Assembly (NCBI GenBank): GCA_963722365.1
Contig: CAVRLM010000009.1
Span: 188,861 to 252,860, forward strand
DNA from: an uncultured Acidobacteriaceae bacterium
Lineage (GTDB): Bacteria > Acidobacteriota > Terriglobia > Terriglobales > Acidobacteriaceae
Reading direction: 5' to 3'
Length of the DNA stretch: 64,000 nucleotides
The translations under genes were made by a program, and so were the position numbers. Each line of letters starts with the position of its first letter. Position 1 is the first letter of the stretch. This document shows, piece after piece, positions 26,815 to 37,205 of this stretch. Under the pieces are notes generated by a model. It ran no database searches. It worked only from the letters and a program-made list of their open reading frames with translations, and was not told where the DNA came from.

Positions 26815-28367
26815 CTAGAACGACAGCCGCGCGCTCAACTGAATCTGTCTTCCAGGAGTTGTCGCCTCGGTGATCGTCCCAAACTGCGGCGTGTTCACGA
26901 AGCGATCTGGCGTTCCCAGATTCGTATGGTTCAGAGCGTTGAAGAATTCTCCGCGGAACTGGAAAACCGCTCGCTCGGTTAGATTGAAGTCGCGGACTAA
27001 CGCCAGATCCAGCGTCTGCAGTCCCGGACCATACACCGAGTTCCGTCCCACATCGCCAAAGGTGTAAGCCGCAGGCGCCGCAAACGCGGCCCGGTTCATC
27101 CAACTGGAAGCAGCGCGCGTTCCCGACGGGAAGATTGGCTCTCCGGTCAAATTCGCGCGGATCGGATTCTCTCCCAACACTGTGCCCGAATTCGCAGTGT
27201 CTCCAAATACCGAAACCGTGAACGGAAATCCAGTCTGGATTTGGTAAACCGTCGAAACATGCCAATCTTTGCTGATCGCTCGTACAAAGCTCGAACGATC
27301 CCACGCGGGAATGTCATAGACCACGCTCGCGGCAAAACGATGTCGAATGTCGCACGCCGGACCGCGCTCCGCCTCCAGATCACTGTTGTTCTGCGGAATC
27401 GATGACTCAAACATCGGCGAGCGGAAATCCGGAGCGTCGCTCAGATTCTTCGCCCATGTGTAGTTCGCGAGAAAGGTCAGCCCTCCTGTGTAACGCCGGC
27501 GAACGTTGATGTAGCCCGCGTCATACCAACTCTGCGCCGTATTCTCGAGCAGATTGATCGTGCTGACCGGAAAGCAAATCTGATCCGTTGGGCATCCCGT
27601 TACAGGCGGAACGTAAGTCACGCCATCCGGCAACACCGAACCCGCCACGAAACTGATCTTGGGAAATGGACGCCGCGGTCCAATCGCTCCCGCTCCCGGA
27701 GGCGCGTTGTTGATCAGGTGCGCGCGCTGCAAGTGCACGCCGTGAGAGCCGAGATATCCGATCTCGAGCGTCGTCTGATGTCCAAGACTCTTCTCTACTG
27801 AAGCGCTCCACTGCTCGATGTATTGCGACGGCGCATGTGGATCCATTGCCGTGAAGCTCACGGTTGTCTGCCCTAGCACCGCAGGACCGAAGTTCAGATG
27901 GCTTGCCAGGATCGGAACGGATGGCGTGAAGTTGTCGCTCTGCTGCGTCTCCGCTCGCGGACAGCAACGGGCTCAATGACCTCGCCCACCGATGAGTCGG
28001 TAGGATGCAGTAACGGAGCGATGCCTCCGACCTCGAGAACGTTCTTCACCGAAGCGACCTTCAAACTGAGGTTCACGACCATCTGCTGCGCCACCTCAAG
28101 GCGCAGACTTTGGACGAGGGGAGAAAATCCAGGAGCCTCTACTTTGAGTTCGTAATCTCCCGGTTGGAGCCCAGTGATCTCAAAACTTCCCTGCTCGCTG
28201 CTCGTCACATGGCGGACTGCCTGCGTACTAGAAGAAGTGAGAACAACGTCCGCGCCGGCAAAGGCTTTGCCTTGCGGATCGGTGATGGTACCGCCTAGAC
28301 CTGCGTAGTTGATTTGGCAAAATGCTGAAAGAGAAACTAGGCAAAGAACGAATAGCAGATGGCGCAA
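26815..28367 (-). pseudogene. TonB-dependent receptor (carboxypeptidase-regulatory-like N-domain type) remnant with large internal deletion
   Basis: ORF 27894..28367 holds the signal peptide plus the CarboxypepD_reg-like domain (GTITDPQGKAFAGADVVLTS...FEITGLQPGDYELKVEAPGF...) and ends out of frame after ...SVGEVIEPVAV. ORF 26815..27879 holds only the last ~380 aa of a barrel, ending ...QLSARLSF; its frame extends upstream to ~27960. Plug and most of the barrel are missing. Confidence 0.75.
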
Positions 28368-28596
28368 ACCTCACCCCCACGGAAATGGACGTACTCCCCA
28401 AGCTGCGACGCGATAGAGCAGGGTCGATAGGCGTCAAACTACGTTGGTCGAGCATTCAAACGTGAAAGGATTTGTGAAGCAATAATCAAAAAGAATTAGA
28501 GTTCATCCTGAAGCATTCAGGGCCGACCGTGTCGCGGCTTTTCCCGGTCGCTGACGCAAGTTGTACGCTGCTGCCGCGAGCAATTAACATCTATCC

Positions 28597-30270
28597 ATGC
28601 CCGTCGATACAGAAATCCAGGCTCCCGTTTCCATTCGCGCTCCTCGCGGCAACACCATCACTTGCAAAGGCTGGCAACAGGAAGCAGCCATGCGCATGCT
28701 CATGAACAACCTCGACGAAGAGGTTGCCGAGCGTCCGAGGGACCTTGTGGTTTATGGCGGAACGGGCCGCGCCGCGCGGAGTTGGGAAGCTTACCGCGCC
28801 ATTGTCGAGACGCTGAAGAAACTGGACAATGACGAGACTCTGCTGGTGCAGTCGGGCAAGCCCGTAGGCGTCTTCAAGACGCACGATCACGCCCCGCGAG
28901 TGCTCATCGCGAACTCGAACCTCGTAGGTCATTGGTCGAACTGGGAGAAGTTCAACGAACTGGAACGAGCCGGTCTCATGATGTACGGGCAGATGACAGC
29001 CGGTTCCTGGATTTACATCGGCTCGCAGGGAATTGTACAGGGAACATTCGAGACTTTCTCAGCTGCAGGCGAGAAACACTTCGGCGGCGACCTTGCAGGT
29101 AAGTTGATCGTCAGCGGCGGAATGGGCGGAATGGGCGGAGCTCAGCCTCTCGCAGCAACCATGACTGGCGCGGCGTTTCTAGGGATTGATGTTGATCCCG
29201 AGCGCATCAAGAAGCGGCTGAAGACTGGTTACTGCGACTTCATGGTGACCACGCTCGATGAAGCCTTGCGCATTCTGAAGAATGCCGTGCGTAAGAAAGA
29301 AAACGTTTCGGTTGGGCTGGTGGGAAACTGCGCGGACGTGATTCCTGAGTTAGCCGAGCGCGGTGTCGTTCCTGACATCCTGACCGATCAGACCTCGGCG
29401 CATGATCCCCTGAATGGATATGTGCCGAACGGCATGACGTTGGAAGAGGCTCTGGAGCTACGCAAGCACGACCCAAAGGCGTATCAAGAGAAGTCCCTGG
29501 ACGCAATGGCGCGACACGTGGAGGCCATGCTGCGCCTGCAGAGGATGGGCTCGGTCACCTTCGATTACGGCAACAACATTCGGACCTTCGCTTTCCAGCG
29601 CGGCGTGAAGAACGCGTACGACTTTCCCGGGTTTGTGCCAGCATACATTCGTCCCCTGTTCTGCGAAGGGCGCGGACCGTTTCGCTGGGTCGCCTTGTCG
29701 GGCGAAGCGTCCGATATTCACGTAACCGATAACCTTGTCCTGGAGTTGTTTCCTGACAACAGAATTTTGCGCCGCTGGATTGACCTCGCGCGCAAGCGCA
29801 TCAAGTTCCAGGGATTGCCCGCCCGTATTTGCTGGCTGGGATACGGCGAACGCGCGCAGTTCGGACTGGCCATAAATGATCTGGTAAAGAAGGGCAAGAT
29901 CAAGGCGCCAATCGTGATTGGCCGCGATCATCTCGACTGCGGTTCGGTGGCGTCTCCGTTCCGCGAGACGGAAAGCATGAAAGACGGCTCCGACGCTGTC
30001 GCTGACTGGCCGCTGCTCAATGCTCTCTTGAATACAGCAGCGGGCGCTTCATGGGTATCGATCCACAACGGAGGCGGCGTCGGAATCGGCTACTCACTGC
30101 ATGCGGGGCAAGTAACGGTTGCCGACGGTACCGACGAGATGGCGAAGCGTATCGAGCGCGTGCTGACCACGGATCCGGGCATGGGCGTGATCCGGCACGT
30201 GGACGCGGGGTACGACGAGGCGAAAGAGTTCGCGAAGAAGAAGGCAGTCGAGGTGCCAATGAATCCGTAG
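28597..30270 (+). CDS. hutU: Urocanate hydratase
   Basis: 557 aa. ...[44 protein letters not shown]....[34 protein letters not shown].... Confidence 0.95.
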   Translation: MPVDTEIQAPVSIRAPRGNTITCKGWQQEAAMRMLMNNLDEEVAERPRDLVVYGGTGRAARSWEAYRAIVETLKKLDNDETLLVQSGKPVGVFKTHDHAPRVLIANSNLVGHWSNWEKFNELERAGLMMYGQMTAGSWIYIGSQGIVQGTFETFSAAGEKHFGGDLAGKLIVSGGMGGMGGAQPLAATMTGAAFLGIDVDPERIKKRLKTGYCDFMVTTLDEALRILKNAVRKKENVSVGLVGNCADVIPELAERGVVPDILTDQTSAHDPLNGYVPNGMTLEEALELRKHDPKAYQEKSLDAMARHVEAMLRLQRMGSVTFDYGNNIRTFAFQRGVKNAYDFPGFVPAYIRPLFCEGRGPFRWVALSGEASDIHVTDNLVLELFPDNRILRRWIDLARKRIKFQGLPARICWLGYGERAQFGLAINDLVKKGKIKAPIVIGRDHLDCGSVASPFRETESMKDGSDAVADWPLLNALLNTAAGASWVSIHNGGGVGIGYSLHAGQVTVADGTDEMAKRIERVLTTDPGMGVIRHVDAGYDEAKEFAKKKAVEVPMNP

Positions 30271-30284
30271 ATCCTTAGAGGATC

Positions 30285-30686
30285 CTAGCTACGTGAGTTT
30301 TGCATGCGTAAGTATTCTCCAGGTAGCATGATCTGAATTCCCGCAATCTTCTTCCCAAAGTAGGCACCGAAGTGGCGAACGTCCCCTGTCAATAGGTAAG
30401 TTGCGCGAGCCTCAATGGCGGCCACCATGATTGGCACATCCTTTTCGGGAAGAGAGATGCCTTGCTGAAGATTCCCCTCGCTCGCATCAAACAAATGGAG
30501 CGCCGCGGACAACTTATTCAGACGTGTTCTCTGAGCCTCGTCGGAAAGATTAATTCTCGCCTCCTCTAAGGCATAGCCAGAACTGCATAGCACAACATCT
30601 TTGAGCTTCCAGAGTTGGAGGAGTCGCGTATCCGTCTTGTATGCCGCGGAGAACAATACGTTGGCGTCGAGGAACAGCCGATCCAT
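30285..30686 (-). CDS. PIN-domain toxin (VapC-like)
   Basis: MDRLFLDANVLFSAAY... and ...YLLTGDVRHF: acidic residues in a PIN arrangement. The start abuts the stop of the upstream antitoxin (TAA-ATG). Confidence 0.8.
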   Translation of the reverse strand: MDRLFLDANVLFSAAYKTDTRLLQLWKLKDVVLCSSGYALEEARINLSDEAQRTRLNKLSAALHLFDASEGNLQQGISLPEKDVPIMVAAIEARATYLLTGDVRHFGAYFGKKIAGIQIMLPGEYLRMQNSRS

Positions 30687-30971
30687 TTAGTCGGGTCGCC
30701 GGTGGGGAATTGAATCCGGATCAAGACCCATCTTCCGGACATCTTTTCGCGCCTTGCGGTAGTCGTCGCCATCGACAGCGTTAGACAACAGGAACTCCGC
30801 CTTTCGTTCCGGAGTGTATCGTTCGACCGGGACGACCACAGCGGGACGAATGAGGATCCCGTCATCCTTCTCCTCTGCGATGACGATGCTTCCTTCCTCA
30901 ATTCCAAAGCGCTTGCGCAGCTTTGCAGGAACGATGATGGCGCCGCGTTTACCGACTCTTGAGGATTGCAT
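30687..30971 (-). CDS. AbrB/MazE/SpoVT-type antitoxin
   Basis: Internal ATG 30971 of ORF 30687..31103 gives MQSSRVGKRGAIIVPAKLRKRFGIEEGSIVIAEEKDDGILIRPAVVVP... (swapped-hairpin AbrB-like fold). Confidence 0.75.
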   Translation of the reverse strand: MQSSRVGKRGAIIVPAKLRKRFGIEEGSIVIAEEKDDGILIRPAVVVPVERYTPERKAEFLLSNAVDGDDYRKARKDVRKMGLDPDSIPHRRPD

Positions 30972-31086
30972 CGCAAGGGCTCCAATGTTTGAATGCCTGA
31001 TTATACAGTATGTCTGATATTCAGGCAAAGACCGAGCCACTTGCCAAAACCAGCACAGGTGCGGGTGGCTGCTAAACTTCTTAAGC

Positions 31087-32391
31087 GTGACCTCATCCCG
31101 CAAACCAGGCTTGAAGCCTCAGAGCCCGCTGTTTCTCGCCAACATTAGCCAACTTCTGACGCTTCGCTCTTCCACAGCAAATGCCGGCCCATGTCGCGGT
31201 TCTGACCTGAAGGAACTGGGCATCATCGAAGATGGGGCGGTCCTGAGCTTGGGCGGGAAAATTGTCTCGGTCGGTACTGTCAAAGACGCCCTGCGCGATT
31301 CATGGCTGAAGAAGCATCGCGAGGGAGTGGTCGAGGTCGATTGCGCGGGCAAAGTCGTCCTTCCCGGATTCGTGGATTCGCATACGCATCCCGTCTTCGC
31401 GAGTCCGCGGCTTGTTGATTTTGAGAAGCGTATCGAGGGTGCTTCCTACGAGGCAATTGCCGCCGCGGGAGGCGGGATCCGCTCTAGCCTGGAGGGTGTT
31501 CGTAAGACGGCAAAAAGCGAACTTGCGGCGAAAGTGGCAAGGACGCTGAAGGAGATGGCCGCATACGGCACGACCACCGTAGAGGCCAAATCGGGCTACG
31601 GACTCACGCTGGACTCGGAGCTCAAGTCGTTGGAGGCGATCGGTGAAGCCGCCTCCAGTTGGCCGGGAACCGTGGTAGCCACGCTGCTCGGAGCCCACGT
31701 TGTCCCAAAAGAGTTTCAGGGCTGCTCACAAAAGTATGTTGAGATCGTCTGTAAGGAGATGATTCCGCAGGCCGCGAAGCGGAAGCTTGTCCAATTTGTG
31801 GATGTTTTTTGCGACAAGGGGGCCTTTACTCCGCAGGAAACGGAGCAGATTTTTGAGGCCGCGAAGCAACACGGTTTGAGCGTCCGCGCACACATGGGCC
31901 AGCTTTCGGAAACGAAGTTGTCGCCGTTCCTGCGCTTCAATCCGGCATCATTCGACCATATGGATCATGTGAACGACGACGATATTTTGCGGTTGGCGCA
32001 GCATGATACGGTGGCAACGCTTGTGCCGGGAGCGAATTACTTCCTAGGATTGAAGGAGTATCCGAACGCGCGGCGGTTGATTGACGCTGGCGTACCCGTG
32101 GCCCTCGCATCGGACTACAACCCCGGGACTTCCCCCACGATGAGCATGCCTATGGCGATGTCGCTGGCTTGTACGCATATGAAAATGTCTCCGGCAGAAG
32201 CGGTGGGGGCGGCCACGATCAACGGGGCGTGGGCCCTGCGCGTTGCGGAACGCAAAGGCAGCATCGAACCAGGAAAAGATGCCGATTTCGCAATATTCGA
32301 AGCGAAAGATTACCGCGAGATCCCGTACTGGTTTGGCGCCAATCACTGTGCAATGACGATTCTGAATGGAGTGATCGCGTCCCGCGACTGA
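31087..32391 (+). CDS. hutI: Imidazolonepropionase
   Basis: 434 aa. ...VLPGFVDSHTHPVF...EAKSGYGL...LGAH..P.E...VDVFC..GAF...H..QL...DH...ASDYNPGTSP. Confidence 0.92.
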   Translation: MTSSRKPGLKPQSPLFLANISQLLTLRSSTANAGPCRGSDLKELGIIEDGAVLSLGGKIVSVGTVKDALRDSWLKKHREGVVEVDCAGKVVLPGFVDSHTHPVFASPRLVDFEKRIEGASYEAIAAAGGGIRSSLEGVRKTAKSELAAKVARTLKEMAAYGTTTVEAKSGYGLTLDSELKSLEAIGEAASSWPGTVVATLLGAHVVPKEFQGCSQKYVEIVCKEMIPQAAKRKLVQFVDVFCDKGAFTPQETEQIFEAAKQHGLSVRAHMGQLSETKLSPFLRFNPASFDHMDHVNDDDILRLAQHDTVATLVPGANYFLGLKEYPNARRLIDAGVPVALASDYNPGTSPTMSMPMAMSLACTHMKMSPAEAVGAATINGAWALRVAERKGSIEPGKDADFAIFEAKDYREIPYWFGANHCAMTILNGVIASRD

Positions 32392-32512
32392 ACTTTCACG
32401 GTTCTCGATCCGTATCAAATGTGGGCGTACTGGTTCGTCTGGGTTCGGGCACTCCGGGAAACACAATATTCATGGCAAGAAGCAATCCGATCGAATCTTC
32501 TGAGGGAAACCA

Positions 32513-35128
32513 ATGAAAAGAATTATTTCAGTTACGAGTTTTCTTGTGCTTGCACTCTCGATGGCAGTCGCGCAAAGGCTGCCCGAAGTGGCACGGCCTG
32601 AGAATTACAAACTCAAGTTCACGCCCGATCTCGATAAGGCCAAGTTCGAGGGTGACGAGACGATCACGCTACGTTTGCTGAAATCAACCTCGGAAGTCAC
32701 CCTTAATGCTGTCGACATCGACTTTCACGATGTGTCCATCACGAGCGGCGGCGCCGCGCAAAAAGCCAAGGTCACACCTCTGAAAGAAAAGGAAATGGTT
32801 GTGCTGTCGGTGGAAAAGCCGTTGGCCGCGGGAACGGCCACCGTGCACATTACCTACACCGGCATTCTCAATGATGAAATGCGCGGTCTGTACCTTGGCA
32901 AAGACGACAAGGGACGCAAATACGCTGCCACGCAATTTGAAGCCACCGACGCGCGGCGCGCGTTCCCTTCGTTTGATGAGCCTGACTACAAGGCGACCTT
33001 CGACATTACTGCAGTCGCCGACAAAGACCAGGTCGCGATCTCGAACTACAAGATCGTATCGGACACGCCGGGACCCGGCGACAAGCACACCGTGAAATTT
33101 GCCACCACTGCAAAGATGTCGGCATACCTGGCCGCGCTGGTGGTGGGCCAATTCGAATACGTCGAGGGCTCGGTGGACGGCATCCCGATCCGCGTCTACA
33201 GCACTCCGGGCAAGAAAGAAATGGGCAAATTTGCACTTGACGCGGCGGAATACATTGTCGGCTACTACAACAAATATTTCGGGATCAAGTATCCCTACGG
33301 GAAGTTGGACCTGATCGGCCTGCCGGACTTCTCCGCCGGCGCGATGGAGAATGTGGGCTGCATCACCTTCCGCGAAGTGATTCTGCTCATCGATGAAAAA
33401 GAGGGTTCGGTCGATCTCAAGAAGACCATCGCATCGGTCACCGCTCATGAGATCGCTCATATGTGGTTCGGCGATCTGGTCACGATGAAGTGGTGGGACG
33501 ATGTGTGGCTGAACGAAGGCTTTGCTACATGGATGTCGAGCAAGCCGGTTCAGAAATGGAAGCCCGAGTGGAACTTTGATCTGGATGATGTGAGTGGAAC
33601 TGGTGGAACTCTCAACGTCGATTCGCTGGCCAATACGCGGCCGATTCATCAAGCAGCCGAAACTCCCGCACAGATTCAGGAACTGTTCGACGGAATTGCT
33701 TACGGCAAGGCGGCCTCGGTACTGCGCATGTTGGAAGCGTACCTCGGCGAAGAGACTTTCCGCGCCGGCATCAATGCCTATCTGAAAGAACATCAGTATG
33801 GCAACGCGACCGCCGACGATTTCTGGGACGCACAAGCGAAGGTCTCGCACAAGCCTGTCGACAAAATCATGCCGACGTGGGTGAAGCAGCCGGGCGCGCC
33901 CATCATCAATGTGAAGGCACAATGCACGGGGAATTCAACAAACGTCACGCTGGAACAGCAGAGGTATTTCGTTGACCGAGCTAAGTTCGAAGCGGTCAAT
34001 GATCAGCTCTGGCAGATTCCGCTGTGCCTGAAGGGTTCTGCGAGTAGCACTGCGAAGTGCGAACTCATGACCAAGAAGGAAGAGACCTTCACCCTGCCGG
34101 GTTGCTCGACGTGGGTTCTGACCAATGCTGGCGCGACTGGATACTACCGCACGGGCTACCAACCGGATGCAGTCCGGGCCCTGGCAAAGGATGCAGAGAC
34201 CAAACTCAGCCCTGCCGAGAGAATTGCGTTGCAAAACGACATCTGGGCTTCTGTGCGAGTTGGCCGCGAACCGGTGGGCGACTATCTGGCTTTCGCGCAA
34301 GGTCTGCAAACGGATCGTAACCGCGCTGTGCTGGAAGATGTGCTGGGACGGCTCAACTACATTGGTCAATACGTGGTGAGTGACAGCGATCGCGACGCCT
34401 ACCGCATGTGGCTCCGCCAGTATCTGACTCCGCCGATGAAAGAAGTTGGATACGAACCGAAGCCGGGCGAAGCCGATGAACAGAGAACGCTGCGGGCAAG
34501 ACTGTTCAATGCCTTGGGATACGACGCCCGTGATCCGGAGACACTGGAGCAAGCGCGCAAGATTGCAAACAAAGCTCTGACGGATCCAGCATCAGTGGAT
34601 CACGAAATCGCCGGAGTTGCGTTGAGTCTAGCTGCACTCAACGGGGATGCAGCGTTTTACGATCGGGTGATGGCGGCCTTGAAGAATCCGAGATCGCCCG
34701 AAGAATATTATGTCTACCTGTTCACGTTGCCGCAGTTTGGCGATCCGAAGCTGCTGCAGCGGACGCTCGACTTTGCGCTCTCGCCTGATGTGCGATCGCA
34801 GGACGCGCTGGGAGTAGTCACGAGCGTGATGGGAAATCCGGCCGGGGAACAACTGGCATGGGACTTCGTTCGGCAGCACTGGCCTGAAATTGAAAAGGCG
34901 GGTGGGCCGTTCGCCAGCGCACAAGTAGTGGGAGCCACCAGCGTCTTCTGTGATACAGCATCGCGTGATCAGGTCACGGAGTTCTTTACCGCCCACAAGG
35001 TCGCAGCCGCGGAGCGGACGTACAAACAATCGATCGAACGAATCAACAACTGCGTCGATCTGAAGTCGCAACAGGAAACGAAGCTGGCGTCGTGGCTGGG
35101 ACAGCACGGCAACGCCGGCGGAAAATAG
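32513..35128 (+). CDS. pepN: Aminopeptidase N (M1 family), secreted
   Basis: GAMENVG exopeptidase motif and HEIAHMWFGDLVTMKWWDDVWLNEGFATW. 871 aa with an ERAP1-like C-terminal region. Confidence 0.9.
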   Translation: MKRIISVTSFLVLALSMAVAQRLPEVARPENYKLKFTPDLDKAKFEGDETITLRLLKSTSEVTLNAVDIDFHDVSITSGGAAQKAKVTPLKEKEMVVLSVEKPLAAGTATVHITYTGILNDEMRGLYLGKDDKGRKYAATQFEATDARRAFPSFDEPDYKATFDITAVADKDQVAISNYKIVSDTPGPGDKHTVKFATTAKMSAYLAALVVGQFEYVEGSVDGIPIRVYSTPGKKEMGKFALDAAEYIVGYYNKYFGIKYPYGKLDLIGLPDFSAGAMENVGCITFREVILLIDEKEGSVDLKKTIASVTAHEIAHMWFGDLVTMKWWDDVWLNEGFATWMSSKPVQKWKPEWNFDLDDVSGTGGTLNVDSLANTRPIHQAAETPAQIQELFDGIAYGKAASVLRMLEAYLGEETFRAGINAYLKEHQYGNATADDFWDAQAKVSHKPVDKIMPTWVKQPGAPIINVKAQCTGNSTNVTLEQQRYFVDRAKFEAVNDQLWQIPLCLKGSASSTAKCELMTKKEETFTLPGCSTWVLTNAGATGYYRTGYQPDAVRALAKDAETKLSPAERIALQNDIWASVRVGREPVGDYLAFAQGLQTDRNRAVLEDVLGRLNYIGQYVVSDSDRDAYRMWLRQYLTPPMKEVGYEPKPGEADEQRTLRARLFNALGYDARDPETLEQARKIANKALTDPASVDHEIAGVALSLAALNGDAAFYDRVMAALKNPRSPEEYYVYLFTLPQFGDPKLLQRTLDFALSPDVRSQDALGVVTSVMGNPAGEQLAWDFVRQHWPEIEKAGGPFASAQVVGATSVFCDTASRDQVTEFFTAHKVAAAERTYKQSIERINNCVDLKSQQETKLASWLGQHGNAGGK

Positions 35129-35140
35129 CCGTTTGAGGTG

Positions 35141-35175
35141 AAAAAAGGCCCGGGACTTTTCCCGGGCCCTTTTTA
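35141..35175. terminator. Bidirectional intrinsic terminator between convergent pepN and S15 hydrolase genes
   Basis: AAAAAA-GGCCCGGGA-cttt-TCCCGGGCC-CTTTTTA: a 9-bp GC stem flanked by an A-tract and a T-tract. Confidence 0.8.
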
Positions 35176-37071
35176 TTGCACGACGGGCAGTATCAGATGG
35201 GAGGGCATCTCTGGCGAACAATAGATCCGCTGCGTTGCGGAAACAAAATCCGATGCAGCCGCCTGGTAGATGCTTGGCACAAATTTCTGCGGATTGCGAT
35301 CGATCACCGGGAACCAGGTCGATTGCACTTGCACCATGATGCGGTGGCCTTTCAGAAAAACATGGTCGTGATCGCGCAAAGGAATTTCCCACTCGGCTGG
35401 CTGGTTCGGAGTTAGCGGAGCGGGCTTCTCATAGCTCTTGAGGTAACGGCCGCGGCGCACCTCCATTGCAATCGGCAACTCGTAGCCATTCAGCGACTGG
35501 GCATATTGACCTGGCTTCGGTCCGTCATCGGGATTCCAGTCGTTCTTCTGCGTGTTCTCCGGGTATACATCGATCAGCTTGACGATGAAATCGCTGTCGC
35601 TTCCGGAAGTTGAGGCAAACAATTTCGCTGCGAGGGGACCTGTAACGGTGAAGTCGTGATCGAGTGGCTGGCTGACGAAGGACAGCACATCGGGCCGACC
35701 GTCAACAAAGCGCTGATCCGCAACTTCCCAGGTGCGCCAGTCACCGGCGGGATAGGTGGGCGAAATCGGGCGCTGGCGATAAGGAACTGGGTTCGCTGGA
35801 TCGGAGACATATTCGCGGTAAGCCTGACCCGTTTTCGCGGCGCCCGGCGCTGTAAATGAAAGAGTTCCGTCCGCATGTAAATACAAGCTTGTCGGCTTCG
35901 CTTCTTTCGGAGGCCACGCTGGATATGTGCGCCAGGTATTCGATCCGCTCTGAAACGTGCTGGCCTGCCACGCTGGCTTTGAGCCTTGACCGTGCAGGTA
36001 GTAGCGGAAAAACGGTGCTTCAATATTTTCGCGGAACTCGCGGGCAGTTTCGTGACCTGCGAATGGGATGATGCCGATGCTGTCGCCTTTGGGCGTCTGC
36101 CACTCACCATGGAACCACGGACCGGCAACGATGAAGTTCGTGTGCTGAGGATCGTTCTCTTCGGCGTGACGAAAAATCTGCCAAGGCCCCCACGGATCCT
36201 CCTGATCCCAAAATCCGGCGACGTTCAGGTTGGGCACGGTCGAGGCGTGGAGTTGGCTCACCCAAGCTTCTTTCTTCCAGAAGTCGTCGTAGTCGGGATG
36301 CTCCACACTTGAATTCCAATAAGGAATCGAGCCGTGTAGATATTTCGAGTTGATATTCGAAAGTGGCCCCAGATCGAGGTACCACTGATAAGTGTCGTAG
36401 GTCTCAAAATCGAAATGCGTGTTCTTGTTCTTGTCGGCCTGCTCCATGACCGCGTATTCAAAGTCGTAGCTTTCGCGGAGCGCGCCGAAGCGGTGGTCGT
36501 CGTCGTTCATCCACTGATCGACCGGCGAGGCTTGTTCGCTGATCGCCATCAGCGCCGGGTGCGGATGAAGCAACGTGAGCGCCGTCGTCAGCCCGTCGTA
36601 AGAGACGCCAAACATTCCGACCTTCCCATTGTTGTTTGGGACATTCTTCACCAGCCACTCGATCGAGTCGTAGGCATCGGTGGTTTCGTTCGTGGCCTTG
36701 GGATCTTTCAAGTCGACCCACGAAGAGAGATTGAAGACGCCCTCGGACTTGAAGCGGCCGCGCAGATTCTGGATGACGAAGATGTAGCCATCTTGTGCGA
36801 ATTCCTTGAGCGATGACGGCATCTGCTCGGGGGCTCTATCGGGGACGCCATAAGGTGTGCGGCGAAACAGGATGGGCAGTGGGCCCTTCTGGTCGAGGGG
36901 GGTGAGGATCGCAGTCTGCAGATGAACTCCGTCGCGCACGGGAATCATGACTTCCTGCAGTTTGAAAATTGGCTTGGCCGTGGGTTGCTGGGGAGTCTGT
37001 TGAGCGGAAGAGAAGGTCGCACTCGTAGCAATCGACAAGAGAAGCCCAAAACGCAGGATGAATGGCCGCAA
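35173..37071 (-). CDS. CocE/NonD family hydrolase (S15 X-Pro dipeptidyl-peptidase-like), secreted
   Basis: Signal peptide. GMFGVSYDG nucleophile elbow. 632 aa with the typical C-terminal beta-domain. Confidence 0.85.
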   Translation of the reverse strand: MRPFILRFGLLLSIATSATFSSAQQTPQQPTAKPIFKLQEVMIPVRDGVHLQTAILTPLDQKGPLPILFRRTPYGVPDRAPEQMPSSLKEFAQDGYIFVIQNLRGRFKSEGVFNLSSWVDLKDPKATNETTDAYDSIEWLVKNVPNNNGKVGMFGVSYDGLTTALTLLHPHPALMAISEQASPVDQWMNDDDHRFGALRESYDFEYAVMEQADKNKNTHFDFETYDTYQWYLDLGPLSNINSKYLHGSIPYWNSSVEHPDYDDFWKKEAWVSQLHASTVPNLNVAGFWDQEDPWGPWQIFRHAEENDPQHTNFIVAGPWFHGEWQTPKGDSIGIIPFAGHETAREFRENIEAPFFRYYLHGQGSKPAWQASTFQSGSNTWRTYPAWPPKEAKPTSLYLHADGTLSFTAPGAAKTGQAYREYVSDPANPVPYRQRPISPTYPAGDWRTWEVADQRFVDGRPDVLSFVSQPLDHDFTVTGPLAAKLFASTSGSDSDFIVKLIDVYPENTQKNDWNPDDGPKPGQYAQSLNGYELPIAMEVRRGRYLKSYEKPAPLTPNQPAEWEIPLRDHDHVFLKGHRIMVQVQSTWFPVIDRNPQKFVPSIYQAAASDFVSATQRIYCSPEMPSHLILPVVQ

Positions 37072-37205
37072 CAGTTCCTCCGTGGTCGTTCGATGAGATG
37101 TACCGAGGGGCGCAGTATATCAATCTGCGCTAGACTGGGAAAGCCGATCGTTTGAGCCATCATCTACTACATCACCCTTACGACATTTCCGGAAAGAGAG
37201 CAATC

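Noticed and set aside
32684-33922. Long antisense ORFs: 32684..33922, 13456..14193, 21623..22420, 25546..26235, 37167..37880, 45989..47071, 51190..52026, 16184..16882 and many shorter ones
   Set aside because: All lie opposite strongly supported genes with recognisable motifs. Their products are Arg/Gly/His-rich and low in complexity. This is the expected stop-codon-poor antisense frame of high-GC coding DNA.
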